From an uncultured Candidatus Binatia bacterium (GTDB taxonomy: Bacteria > Desulfobacterota > Binatia > Bin18), in assembly GCA_965204455.1 (NCBI GenBank), contig CBDBEO010000001.1, positions 390,135-454,134 on the forward strand: a stretch of DNA of 64,000 bases, read 5' to 3'. Both the position numbers and the translations under genes were made by a program. Shown here piece by piece: positions 1 to 8,375 of this stretch (position 1 is the first letter of the stretch; every line of letters begins with the position of its first letter). The notes below the pieces were generated by a model that was not told where the DNA came from, searched no databases, and saw only the letters and a list, made by a program, of their open reading frames with translations.

Positions 1-182
1 CCCCCGGGGGGTAGTCATGAGGGAGAGGTTCCAGTATTTTTACTATCATTCAATAGAAAATACTCGTATTTCCACTAGTCTATGAGAGGTAATCCTCGTA
101 TTTCTGCTGAACCCCCCTCGACAAGACGAAAGGCAGGTTAAAAATGCTTTCCGCTTTCCGCTCCCCGCACGGAGGGCTGGCG

Positions 183-1005
183 ATGAGTCCGCGCTTGTGT
201 GCCACCCTCATCGCCCTGCTCGGCAGCTTCAGCCTGGTACCTGCGGCCTGGGCCGCGCCCACCTTTGGCGGTGCCAGCATTGACCCCGTCGTCTTCTACA
301 CGTCCCCTGGGACCGGGACGGGTTGCACGGCGCAGCCCGCCAACTCCGTCACCCTGCCCACCGCCACCGGCACGGGGACCATCACCTACGCCATCGCCAG
401 TCTGCCCACCGGCGTCTCCCTCTCCGGCAACACCCTGACCGGCGCTCCCGCGACGATCTCCGCCCAGGCCGCCACGACCTACACCTATACCGCCACCGAC
501 GCCGGCGACAGCCAGACGGCCTCCCTCACCTTCACCCTTGAAGTGGTGAGCGAACGGGCGATATTGCAGGCCCTCTTCAACAACACCGATGGCCCCAACT
601 GGACGACCAAAACCGGCGGCTGGGCCAATCCCATCACCGCCACCTGTCTGAACGCCTTGCACGGCGTCGAGGTCGGGGACACCCAGAATGCGCTCAAGTT
701 CGAGGGGCGGGTGATCAACATACGCCTCACTGGCAACAACCTGAGCGGGTCGATTCCCCCCGAGATCGGCAACCTGAGCCAGCTGGTCCACCTCGAACTC
801 GACGGCAACAACCTGAGCGGGTCGATTCTCCCCGAGATCGGCAACCTGAGCCTGCTGGCCCACCTCTGGCTCGACGGCAACGACCTGAGCGGGTCGATTC
901 CCCCCGAGATCGGCAACCTGACCAAGCTGCAAATCCTCAAGCTCGACGGCAACGAGCTGAGCGGGTCGATTCCCCCCGAGATCGGCAGCCTGACCAAGCT
1001 GCTAG
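183..1005 (+). pseudogene. 5' portion of a large secreted LRR-domain protein gene. It carries a signal peptide, an Ig-like He_PIG-type region, an LRRNT_2-like cap and the first four plant-specific 24-aa LRRs. An IS insertion interrupts it at 1005/1006.
   Basis: GGAGGG RBS 6 nt upstream of the ATG at 183. Signal peptide MSPRLCATLIALLGSFSLVPAAWA. Cap ERAILQALFNNTDGPNW...CLNALHGVEV...GRVINIRLTGNNLSGSIPPEIGNL. The frame is restored exactly when 1006-1863 is removed. Confidence 0.75.
712..1005 (+). repeat. Coding 72-bp tandem repeats (LRR units, LxxLxLxxNxLSGSIPPEIGNLxx). First block, upstream of the IS.
   Basis: Near-identical gagcgggtcgattccccccgagatcggcaacctga units repeated in frame. Confidence 0.8.
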
Positions 1006-1014
1006 GCTCAGGAC

Positions 1015-1359
1015 TCATAACCAGAAGAGCACGGTAGCGGCCAGGCAGATCGCACTGAAGAAGGTATGGGCGCAACGGTCATAGCGAGTGGCAATGCGGC
1101 GCCAGTCCTTGAGGCGGCCAAACATGCGTTCGATAAGGTTGCGTTGCTTGTACAGTTCCGGGTCGTAGGCAATCGGTTTCTTGCGGTGGACGCGCCCAGG
1201 GATGCAGGGGCTGATGCCCCGTTGCAGCAGGGCGGCCCGGAACCGGTCACTGTCGTAGCCCTTATCCGCCAAGAGGGTCTCCGCCGCGGGCAGCGTCGGC
1301 AGCAGGCGCTCGGCTCCCCGAATGTCGCTGACTTGGCCCGCCGTGAGCAGGAACGTCAC
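1015..1359 (-). CDS. IS5-family transposase OrfB (DDE catalytic C-terminal part).
   Basis: LTAGQVSD...LLADKGYDSD...NLIERMFGRLKDWRRIATRYDR is the canonical DDE_Tnp_1 C-terminus. It overlaps orfA with ATGA and lies in the -1 frame. Confidence 0.8.
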   Translation of the reverse strand: MTFLLTAGQVSDIRGAERLLPTLPAAETLLADKGYDSDRFRAALLQRGISPCIPGRVHRKKPIAYDPELYKQRNLIERMFGRLKDWRRIATRYDRCAHTFFSAICLAATVLFWL

Positions 1360-1835
1360 CGGCCGCCCCGCTCCATCGCAGACGGCGTGGAGCTTGGAGG
1401 TGAGGCCGCCGCGGGTCCGCCCGATAGCCCGAGGAAGTGCCCTTTTTTTTGCAGGCTGGCTGCCGTGCGATGGGCGGTGAGATGCGTGGTGTCAATCATG
1501 ACGAGGCCACTCTCGTCGCGTTCGGCGGCCAGCGCCGTGAACAGGCGGGCGAACACGCCCGCCTTGCTCCAGCGCACGAAGCGGTTATAGAGCGTCTTGT
1601 ATGGGCCATAGCAAGCCGGCGCATCGCGCCACATCAAGCCGTTGCGCAGCACATGCAGAATCCCGGAGATCACGCGCCGGTCATCGACCCGCGGGACGCC
1701 CCGGGGCTTGTTGGGCAAAAGCGGTTGTAAGCGGGCAAATTGGGCCTCGGTGAGCCACAGATGAGAACCGGCCATGACCGCACTCCTATGTAGAGAGAGA
1801 CTGGAAATCCCACACTCATCGCCATACACTACCAA
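1356..1835 (-). CDS. IS5-family transposase OrfA (N-terminal DNA-binding part). A -1 frameshift at the A8G run (plus-strand T8 at 1443-1450) would fuse it to OrfB.
   Basis: LTEAQFARLQPLLP...RRVISGILHVLRNGLMWRD...YNRFVRWSKAGVF is typical of IS427/IS5 OrfA. In the -1 frame after the A-run the sequence reads KGALPRAIGRTRGGLTSKLHAVCDGAGRPVTFLLTAGQVSD. Confidence 0.8.
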   Translation of the reverse strand: MVVYGDECGISSLSLHRSAVMAGSHLWLTEAQFARLQPLLPNKPRGVPRVDDRRVISGILHVLRNGLMWRDAPACYGPYKTLYNRFVRWSKAGVFARLFTALAAERDESGLVMIDTTHLTAHRTAASLQKKGHFLGLSGGPAAASPPSSTPSAMERGGR

Positions 1836-1863
1836 CAGACTTATTTATAGGTCCTGAGCCTAG

Positions 1864-2520
1864 CCCTCTATCTTGGCAGCAACGAGTTGAGCGGGTCGAT
1901 TCCCCCCGAGATCGGCAACCTGACCGATCTGACCGACCTCCGGCTCAACGACAACAAGCTGACCGGGTCGATTCCCCCCGGGATCGGCAGCCTGAGCCAG
2001 CTGGGCATCCTCCATCTTCACAGCAACGAGCTGAGCGGGTCGATTCCCCCCGGGATCGGCAGCCTGAGCCAGATGTCATTCCTCTATCTTTACGACAACC
2101 AACTCAGCGGGCAGATTCCCCCCGGGATCGGCAGCCTGACCGAGCTGCGACACCTCGTTCTCAGAAACAACCAACTCAGCGGCTCCATTCCCGCCGGGAT
2201 CGGCAACCTGACCAACCTGACCGTCCTCTTGCTCGACGGCAACAACCTGAGCGGGTCGATTCCCACCGGGATCGGCAGCCTGACCAAGCTGACCCTCCTC
2301 TTTCTCCACCGTAACCAACTGACCGGGCCGATTCCCCCCGAGATCGGCAGCCTGTCCAGCCTGCAACAACTCGTTCTCTTCAACAACCAACTCAGTGGGT
2401 CGATTCCCCCCGAGATCGGCAGCCTGTCCAGCCTGCTCTACCTCTATCTCCACGACAACCAGCTCAGCGGGGAGATTCCCTCTCAGATCGGCGGCCTGAC
2501 CCGCCTGACCCGCCTCACCC
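1864..2520 (+). repeat. Coding 72-bp tandem LRR repeats (second block, ~9 units).
   Basis: Repeated ctcagcgggtcgattccccccgagatcggcagcctg units. Confidence 0.8.
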
Positions 2521-4697
2521 TGCACAGAAACGCCGGTCTGTACAACTATCCCGGCGGCCTGGCCACCAAGAGCGACCTGCACCTGCTCGTCCCCGGTACT
2601 GGCACGGCGCAGTGTCTGCCCACCATGATGGGCGGCACCGACTGCACCATTCCGACCAAGGTGGATCAACTGCGCCTGCGCTTCAGCTACGACCGGATCG
2701 AGGCCTCCTGGAAGCCGCATCCGGCCGGCTCCACCCCGAGCGGCTATGCGCTGGAATATAGCCCCGACGCCTCCACCTGGACCTCCGTGACGCTCAGCCC
2801 CGCCACGGCCACCACGGCCACCATCTCCGATTTGACCCCCGGCCAGACCTACAATGTGCGGGTGCGGACGACTGGCACCCCCACCACCCCTTGGTTGTGG
2901 TCCGAAGTCCGCCTGCCCCTTCTCAGTGATTACCCCGACACGGTGTCGCTGACGGCCAGCACGCGGCGGCCGGCGGAGGGCGCCACGGTGCGGGTGACGG
3001 CGACCTTGAGTACGCCTGCGGCGGCCGGCGGCGTGACGGTGGAGTTCCAGGCCTACCCCACGGGCGCCATAGGCGACCACCCGGCGTATCATGGGGTAAA
3101 CAGTGGCGACTACGTACTGTTGGACGCAGGAGCAGGAGCATGTGGCGACGGACGACAACAACATAGATTTAACCACGCATCAGGTGGCGTCACCGAGGAG
3201 ATCGAGATCCCCGAGGGCGCGCGGCAGGCCACAACGACGCTGTGCGTGTGGGACGACGCCGAGCCTGAGGGCAACGAGACGTTCGCGGTCACGGTCAGCG
3301 GTTCCTGGCCGCTGACCGACTACCCGGAGCTCGTATTCACCATCCCGGCCAACGACGGCGGCACGCCTAGCCCGCCTACCGGCGGTCCCACCGGCGGCGG
3401 TCCCACCGGCGGTGGCGGCGGCGGCACCCGCACCCCGCCCGACCAGCATGGCGACACCCCGGACGAGGCCACCGGCCTCAACCCCCGCGGGTATGCCACC
3501 GGCAGCATCTCCCGCACGATTGCCGCCCGCCTCCAGAGCCGCACCGACATCGACTATTTTACCCTTGACCTGCCCTACGCCGGCGTGCTGATCGCCCACA
3601 CCACCGGGGGCGACACCACCGGCCGCCTGTACCAAGCCCAAGCTGAGGGTACGCCCGTCCTCATTGCCACCGATACCGACAGTGGCAGCGGCGCCAACTT
3701 CCGGCTCGGCGTGGCCGTTGAACCCGGCACCTACTACCTGGCCGTGTCGGCCGGGGCCAGCTTCGGGGACTACCGGCTGCTGGTGGACTACACCCCGGCC
3801 TTTGTCGAGAATCCCGCCCCCAATGCGCCCCAGAGCGGCCTCGGCGTGCTGTCCGGCTGGGTGTGCGACGCCGACACGGTCGAGATCGAACTGGTCCCGG
3901 AAAGCGGCGAGACCCAGATGTGGGTGCCGGCCACGGGCACGAGTCGGGCCGACACCGCCGGGGTGTGTGGCGCGGACACCACCGACACCGGCTACGGCCT
4001 GCTCTACAACTGGAACCTGCTCGGCGACGGCGCCCACACCGTACGGGTCCGTATCAACGAGGTGGTGTTGGCCGAGCGGGCCATCACCGTCACCACCCTC
4101 GGCGCTCACCCCGAGCAGGAGTACCGCCGGGGGCTGTGGGCCACCTCGGAACTCCCCGACTTCCCGGACGCGGGTCAGACGACCACGCTGCGCTGGGAGG
4201 AAGCCTTGCAGAACTTCGTCATCGCCAGCGGGGAGGGCAGCGACGGCGGCGAACAACTGACGCCCGAGCAGGCGCGGTTGGAGAATCCCGCGCCGGGCTC
4301 GTTCCAGAGCGGCCTGGGCGTCATCTCCGGCTGGGTGTGCGAGGCCGAGACGGTCGAGGTCGTGTTTGAGCTGGAGGGCACGGACGCCCCCCTGACCTTC
4401 GAGGCCGGCGCGGGCACCGAGCGGGCCGACACGGCCGACCAATGCGGCGACGCCGACAATGGCTTTGGCTTGCTGTTCAACTGGAACCTGCTGGGCGACG
4501 GCACCCATACCGTGCGGGCTTTGGCCGACGGCGAGGAGTTCGCCCACAGCACCGTAACGGTGACGACGCTGGGCGAGGAGATCGCGCGCGGCTTGCGCCA
4601 GACGCACGAGATTGCGGACTTCCCGGCGGCGGGCCAGACCACGACCGTGGAGTGGCGGGAGGCGCAGCAGAATTTCGTGATTACGGCGGTAGAGTAG
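1864..4697 (+). pseudogene. 3' portion of the IS-disrupted LRR protein gene. It encodes ~9 further plant-type LRRs, an FN3 domain, a Calx-beta domain, a Gly/Pro-rich linker, a PPC (pre-peptidase C-terminal) domain and two tandem ~130-aa Cys-containing domains of unknown function.
   Basis: LALYLGSNELSGSIPPEIGN continues the LRR register. FN3: WKPHPAGSTPSGYALEYSPDASTWTSV...TPGQTYNVRVRT. Calx-beta: DYVLLDAG...EEIEIPEGARQATTTLCVWDDAEPEGNETFAVTVSG. PPC: DIDYFTLDL...EPGTYYLAVSAGASFGDYRLLVDY. Duplicated domain: ENPAP..QSGLGV(L/I)SGWVC...RADTA..CG.AD..(Y/F)GLL(Y/F)NWNLLGDG.HTVR. Confidence 0.75.
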
Positions 4698-4787
4698 CGG
4701 CCGGCCCGGCCGCGCCCCGCCCCCTGCGGCGCGGGACTGCTCCCTCGGGGGGGAGGGTGGTGTCTCACTCTGCCATGCTCTTTTCGA

Positions 4788-4809
4788 GGCGGGCGCCGTG
4801 GCGCCCGCC
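4788..4809 (+). terminator. GC-rich hairpin (ggcgggcgcc/ggcgcccgcc) about 90 nt downstream of the LRR gene stop. Putative intrinsic terminator without a clear U-tract.
   Basis: A perfect 10-bp inverted repeat seen in the sequence. Confidence 0.3.
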
Positions 4810-4921
4810 CTCGGAGCGGGCCGCCGGGGATGAGACAGGCAAGCATTTTCAGACTGAGACACTACCGCCGGGACAGCTCCGCAATAGCGGGGACGGTCCG
4901 AATCTGGTACAGCATGGGGCC

Positions 4922-5641
4922 ATGCAGGTGATCGGACATCGGGGGGCGGCGGCTTTGGCGCCTGAAAATACCTGGGCCAGCTTTGACCTGGCGGTGTCTC
5001 TGGGGGTGGACGCGATTGAAACCGATGTGCGGGCGACCAGCGACGGAGAATTGATCCTGCTGCACGATGAACGGCTGGCCCGGACTACCAACGGTCAGGG
5101 CTTCGCGCGCGAGACGCCGTGGGCGACGATCAAGGAGCTGGATGCCGGAGGATGGTTTGGCGCCGAGTTTCGGGGCGCCCGGGTGCCGCTGTTCGGCGAG
5201 ACTCTGCTTCGCTACGGCGGGCGGATTCCGCTGATCATCGAGGTCAAGCAACTCGACCTTGAGGTCCGTGTCCTGGATTTGGTCCGGGAATATGGCCTGC
5301 TGCACGCAGTCGCTTTTACCTCGTTCTATTTCCCGGTCGTGCAGAATCTCAAGACGCTGGCGCCGGAGGCCAAGGTAGGATTTCTGGCCTCTGACGTGCA
5401 CGAGCAGACAGTCGAGCGGGTCATTACGGCCGGGCTCGACCAGTTCTGTCCTCCGGCCAAGGCCATCTCGCCCGACCGGGTCCGTGCCTGGCAAGCCCTG
5501 GGCCTGGACATCCGGGCCTGGGGGGTAGGCGACCCCGAGCTGATGCGGGTCGCAATGGCGGCCGGGGTGGACGGGATGACCGTCGATTTTCCCCACCTGC
5601 TGCTGGAAGCCCTGGGCCGGCGTCCCCCTCGGGGGGACTGA
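4922..5641 (+). CDS. ugpQ: Glycerophosphodiester phosphodiesterase (GDPD family).
   Basis: MQVIGHRGAAALAPENTWASFDLAVSLGVDAIETDVRATSDGELILLHDERLARTTNG. Length of 240 aa is typical. The ORF-track start at 4442 is an upstream open-frame extension. Confidence 0.85.
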   Translation: MQVIGHRGAAALAPENTWASFDLAVSLGVDAIETDVRATSDGELILLHDERLARTTNGQGFARETPWATIKELDAGGWFGAEFRGARVPLFGETLLRYGGRIPLIIEVKQLDLEVRVLDLVREYGLLHAVAFTSFYFPVVQNLKTLAPEAKVGFLASDVHEQTVERVITAGLDQFCPPAKAISPDRVRAWQALGLDIRAWGVGDPELMRVAMAAGVDGMTVDFPHLLLEALGRRPPRGD

Positions 5642-5673
5642 GACGAATCGGGTGGCAGAGACCCTGCCGGTGA

Positions 5674-6306
5674 CTATGAGGGCGAGGCGGCGAGCTGTTT
5701 CAGCTTGCTCTCGATGCTCTGCACCAGGTTTTCATACGACGATTTGTTGATGATCCGGTTGAACTGAGTCCGATAGTTGCGGACCATGCTGACGTTCTCG
5801 ATCACCACATCGTAGATCAACCAGCGGCCTTCGACCAGGTGCAAACGGTAGCTCAGCGAGAAGGTTTGGTTCAGCGAAGGGGCCAGAATCCGGGAATCAA
5901 CCTCGGCATAGCTGCCGTCAATATGCTCGCGGTCAAAGAAAAATTCGGTATCCTCGCGGTAACGGTCTAAAGTGCTGCTATATGTTTTTTCTATTAAGTC
6001 TGTAAAAAGTCTGATGAATTCCTGTCGCTGCTCCTCTGTCCGATCTCGCCAGTGGACCCCCAGAGTGCGTTTGGCGATTTCCCGAGAGTCAAACTGGGGG
6101 AGGGCAACCTCGCGGACTTTCTGGATGCGGACCTGGCTCTGATCCGGGTCGTGATAGGCCGGATCCTGGAGGATGGCGATGATCTTGTGCATCGTCGTCT
6201 GGATGACCGTGAGGGGCGAGTCTGTGGCTGAGACCAAGCCGGGAAAGGCCAGGCACAGCAGTCCAATGCCGATACTCTTGACCAGTGTTCTCTGCAAGGT
6301 ATTCAC
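5674..6306 (-). CDS. mlaC: Phospholipid-binding periplasmic protein MlaC (Ttg2D/toluene-tolerance family).
   Basis: Signal peptide, then HKIIAILQDP...QVRIQKVREVALPQFDSREIAKRTLGVHWRDRTEEQRQEFIRLFTDLIEKTYSSTLDRY. Last gene of the mla operon. Confidence 0.85.
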   Translation of the reverse strand: MNTLQRTLVKSIGIGLLCLAFPGLVSATDSPLTVIQTTMHKIIAILQDPAYHDPDQSQVRIQKVREVALPQFDSREIAKRTLGVHWRDRTEEQRQEFIRLFTDLIEKTYSSTLDRYREDTEFFFDREHIDGSYAEVDSRILAPSLNQTFSLSYRLHLVEGRWLIYDVVIENVSMVRNYRTQFNRIINKSSYENLVQSIESKLKQLAASPS

Positions 6307-6332
6307 CCCAACCCCCTCATTCCCCGCCTCTC

Positions 6333-7106
6333 CTATTCCTTGACGGCGTTGGCTCGCCGCTGTAAGTAGCCGTCCTGAACCGCCCCGTACAGGTCAACCG
6401 AGACCAGCTCAACCTGTTCAAAGAGTTCCAGGTTGAGTGAGCGGGTGTTGACGGCATTGCCGACCGTCTGGCCGCCCTGAATGGCAAGTACGTCCAGGGC
6501 TGCCAGCAGATAGTTCATCGGATTCATCGCGCTGTCAACGGCAAAACCAAAGGTGTCGCGAACCGTTGAGGGACCGTAGAAGGGCAGCACCAGATACGGG
6601 CCGGCCGAAATGCCGTAGTGGCCCAGGGTCTGGCCGAAGTCTTCGTCGCTCGGTCGCCAGCCGAACAGACTGTCGGCGACATCAAAAAAGCCGATCCCGC
6701 CCAGGATGGTATTGACGGCAAAGCGGCCGATTTCGCGTCCGGCCCCGTCAATTTTTCCCTGGAGTACGCTGTTCACAACGCGGGGCAGCACCCCCAGATT
6801 TTTGAAGAACCGGTCAACGCCGTGCTGGCCCGGCTCCGGAACCACTTCGGCGTAGCCGGTCGCCACCGGTCGCAAGAGATATTCATCGAGCTTGAGGTTG
6901 AAGCTGAACATGGGCTGGTTGAACGACTCCCACGGGTCATACGGCGTGCGCAGGTCTGCCCCTTCGGCTTCATAGGGGTCTTGGGCAGGATTCTGAGCCT
7001 GAACAGGACTTGTGCTCAAGAAACCGATCAGGAGCGCGGCGGTGATGAATACAACAGACACTCTGTCCCTCCTGCGTGTGGTGCTAATCAGCGTAGTACG
7101 GTGCAT
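6333..7106 (-). CDS. mlaA: Outer-membrane lipoprotein MlaA (VacJ family).
   Basis: DPWESFNQPMFSFNLKLDEYLLRPVATGYAEVVPEPGQHGVDRFFKNLGVLPRVVNSVLQGKIDGAGREIGRFAVNTILGGIGFFDVA. The internal ATG at 7106 follows the signal-peptide context. Confidence 0.85.
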   Translation of the reverse strand: MHRTTLISTTRRRDRVSVVFITAALLIGFLSTSPVQAQNPAQDPYEAEGADLRTPYDPWESFNQPMFSFNLKLDEYLLRPVATGYAEVVPEPGQHGVDRFFKNLGVLPRVVNSVLQGKIDGAGREIGRFAVNTILGGIGFFDVADSLFGWRPSDEDFGQTLGHYGISAGPYLVLPFYGPSTVRDTFGFAVDSAMNPMNYLLAALDVLAIQGGQTVGNAVNTRSLNLELFEQVELVSVDLYGAVQDGYLQRRANAVKE

Positions 7107-7113
7107 GGCTTCC

Positions 7114-7617
7114 CTAATCGAGACCGAGATTGAACGGATCGTCTGTCGCAGCGCCGTCGGTCTGCTCGGCCGCGTTGAGGTTGCCGAACAAGACCTGACC
7201 GACGGTGTCGAGGATGTCGGTGGCAGACTCGGTGTGCCGAATCCGACCGCCGGGACTGAGGGTTTCGTCTGCCGGCCCAATCTCAATGTCGATGAAGCGT
7301 TCGCCTATCAGGCCGGCCGTTTTAATTGCCGCCCGGCTGTCCTGGGGCAGCTGGATATCGGGCTGAATGCTCAGCGTTGCCCGGGCCTGTGTCAGCGTGT
7401 CGGTCAGGGCCACAGACTCAACCCGCCCGATTTCCACCCCGGCCACCTCGACCCGGGCGCCGCTCTGCAAGCCGCCGGCGTCGGAGAACTCGGCCGTGAG
7501 CCGGTAGTGCTGGGTGCCGGCAAAGCTGATCTGACCGAACTGCAGGGACAGATAGACCAGACCGCCCAGCACCAGCACGACCAGCCAACCGACCACGAGT
7601 TCTGAGTCAAGTTTCAT
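7114..7617 (-). CDS. mlaD: MCE-domain periplasmic protein MlaD.
   Basis: MKLDSELVVGWLVVLVLGGLVYLSLQ followed by an MCE domain (GTQHYRLTAEFSDAGGLQSGARVEVAGVEIGRV). The 387-aa ORF in the track is an out-of-frame extension. The real start at 7617 overlaps the mlaF stop with ATGA. Confidence 0.85.
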   Translation of the reverse strand: MKLDSELVVGWLVVLVLGGLVYLSLQFGQISFAGTQHYRLTAEFSDAGGLQSGARVEVAGVEIGRVESVALTDTLTQARATLSIQPDIQLPQDSRAAIKTAGLIGERFIDIEIGPADETLSPGGRIRHTESATDILDTVGQVLFGNLNAAEQTDGAATDDPFNLGLD

Positions 7618-7618
7618 C

Positions 7619-8365
7619 CTAATGCGCCTCAATCGGCCCCTGGGTCTGGCCGGTGATAAACTGTTGGACAACGGGGTCGGTCGAGGCTTGCAGCTCTTCG
7701 GGAGTGCCGGCCGCCACAACAGAACCCTGATGCAGCATAGCGATATGTGTGGCCAGTGAAAAGACCTCCGGGATTTCATGGCTGACCACGACCGCAGTAA
7801 AGTTGAGCAGGCCGTGCAAGTCAAGGATGAGCTGGTGGATCGTGTTGACCCGAATGGGGTCGAGGCCGGTGGTCGGCTCGTCGAACAGCATGATTTCGGG
7901 GTCGGTCGCCAGCGCCCGGGCCAGCGCCGCCCGCTTGAGCATGCCGCCCGACAGCTCGGACGGAAATTTGGCATCCACGCCCGACAGGCCGACCTGGGCC
8001 AGGCGCTGATGCACTTTGTCGCTGATGGCTGCTTCTGACAGGCGGGTTTTTTCACGCAGCGGAAACGCGACATTGTCGTACACCGACAACGAGTCAAACA
8101 GAGCGCCGCCCTGGAACAGCATGCTGAAACGATCCCGCATCCGGTTGAGTGCCCGGCCGCGCAGGGCGCTGACCTCGACATCGTCAACCCACACCTGTCC
8201 GCGATCCGGTCGCAGCAGGCCGATAATGTGCTTGAGCAGGCAGCTTTTGCCCGTCCCGCTGCTGCCCACGACAACATAGATCGTCCCGGTCGGGATCTCC
8301 AGATTGATCCCCCGCAACACGTGCTGGGAACCGAAGGATTTGTGCAGGTCGTGAATCCGAATCAT
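7619..8365 (-). CDS. mlaF: ABC transporter ATP-binding protein MlaF.
   Basis: Walker A GSSGTGKS, ABC signature LSGGMLKRAALARAL, Walker B IMLFDEPTTGLD. Confidence 0.9.
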   Translation of the reverse strand: MIRIHDLHKSFGSQHVLRGINLEIPTGTIYVVVGSSGTGKSCLLKHIIGLLRPDRGQVWVDDVEVSALRGRALNRMRDRFSMLFQGGALFDSLSVYDNVAFPLREKTRLSEAAISDKVHQRLAQVGLSGVDAKFPSELSGGMLKRAALARALATDPEIMLFDEPTTGLDPIRVNTIHQLILDLHGLLNFTAVVVSHEIPEVFSLATHIAMLHQGSVVAAGTPEELQASTDPVVQQFITGQTQGPIEAH

Positions 8366-8375
8366 AGGTCTCCGC

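Larger units (their letters stand above)
1006..1859 (-). mobile_element. IS5-family (IS427-group-like) insertion sequence, 854 bp. Terminal inverted repeats GGCTCAGGAC..., flanked by a CTAG direct duplication (1002-1005 and 1860-1863).
   Basis: Left end ggctcaggactcataa and right end ttataggtcctgagcc are inverted repeats. CTAG on both sides. Two overlapping transposase ORFs with an A8 slippery run. Excision reconstitutes the LRR reading frame. Confidence 0.8.

Noticed and set aside
700-2520. Regular 72-bp DNA repeats considered as a CRISPR array
   Set aside because: The repeats are in-frame LRR codons. There are no unique spacers, and the repeat length equals the unit length.
3180-4862. 560-aa minus-strand ORF, along with 2076-3176 and other ORFs opposite the LRR gene
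   Set aside because: Antisense to the LRR/FN3/PPC gene with strong domain evidence. Repeat-driven, low-complexity composition.
4442-4921. Upstream extension of the GDPD ORF to 4442
   Set aside because: Arg/Gly-rich non-coding-like translation through the terminator hairpin. The conserved GDPD starts at MQVIGHRG (4922).
7114-8277. 387-aa ORF reported for 7114-8277
   Set aside because: Its upstream two-thirds are an alternate frame overlapping mlaF. Only the last 167 codons (7114-7617, MKLDSELVV...) are the real MlaD.
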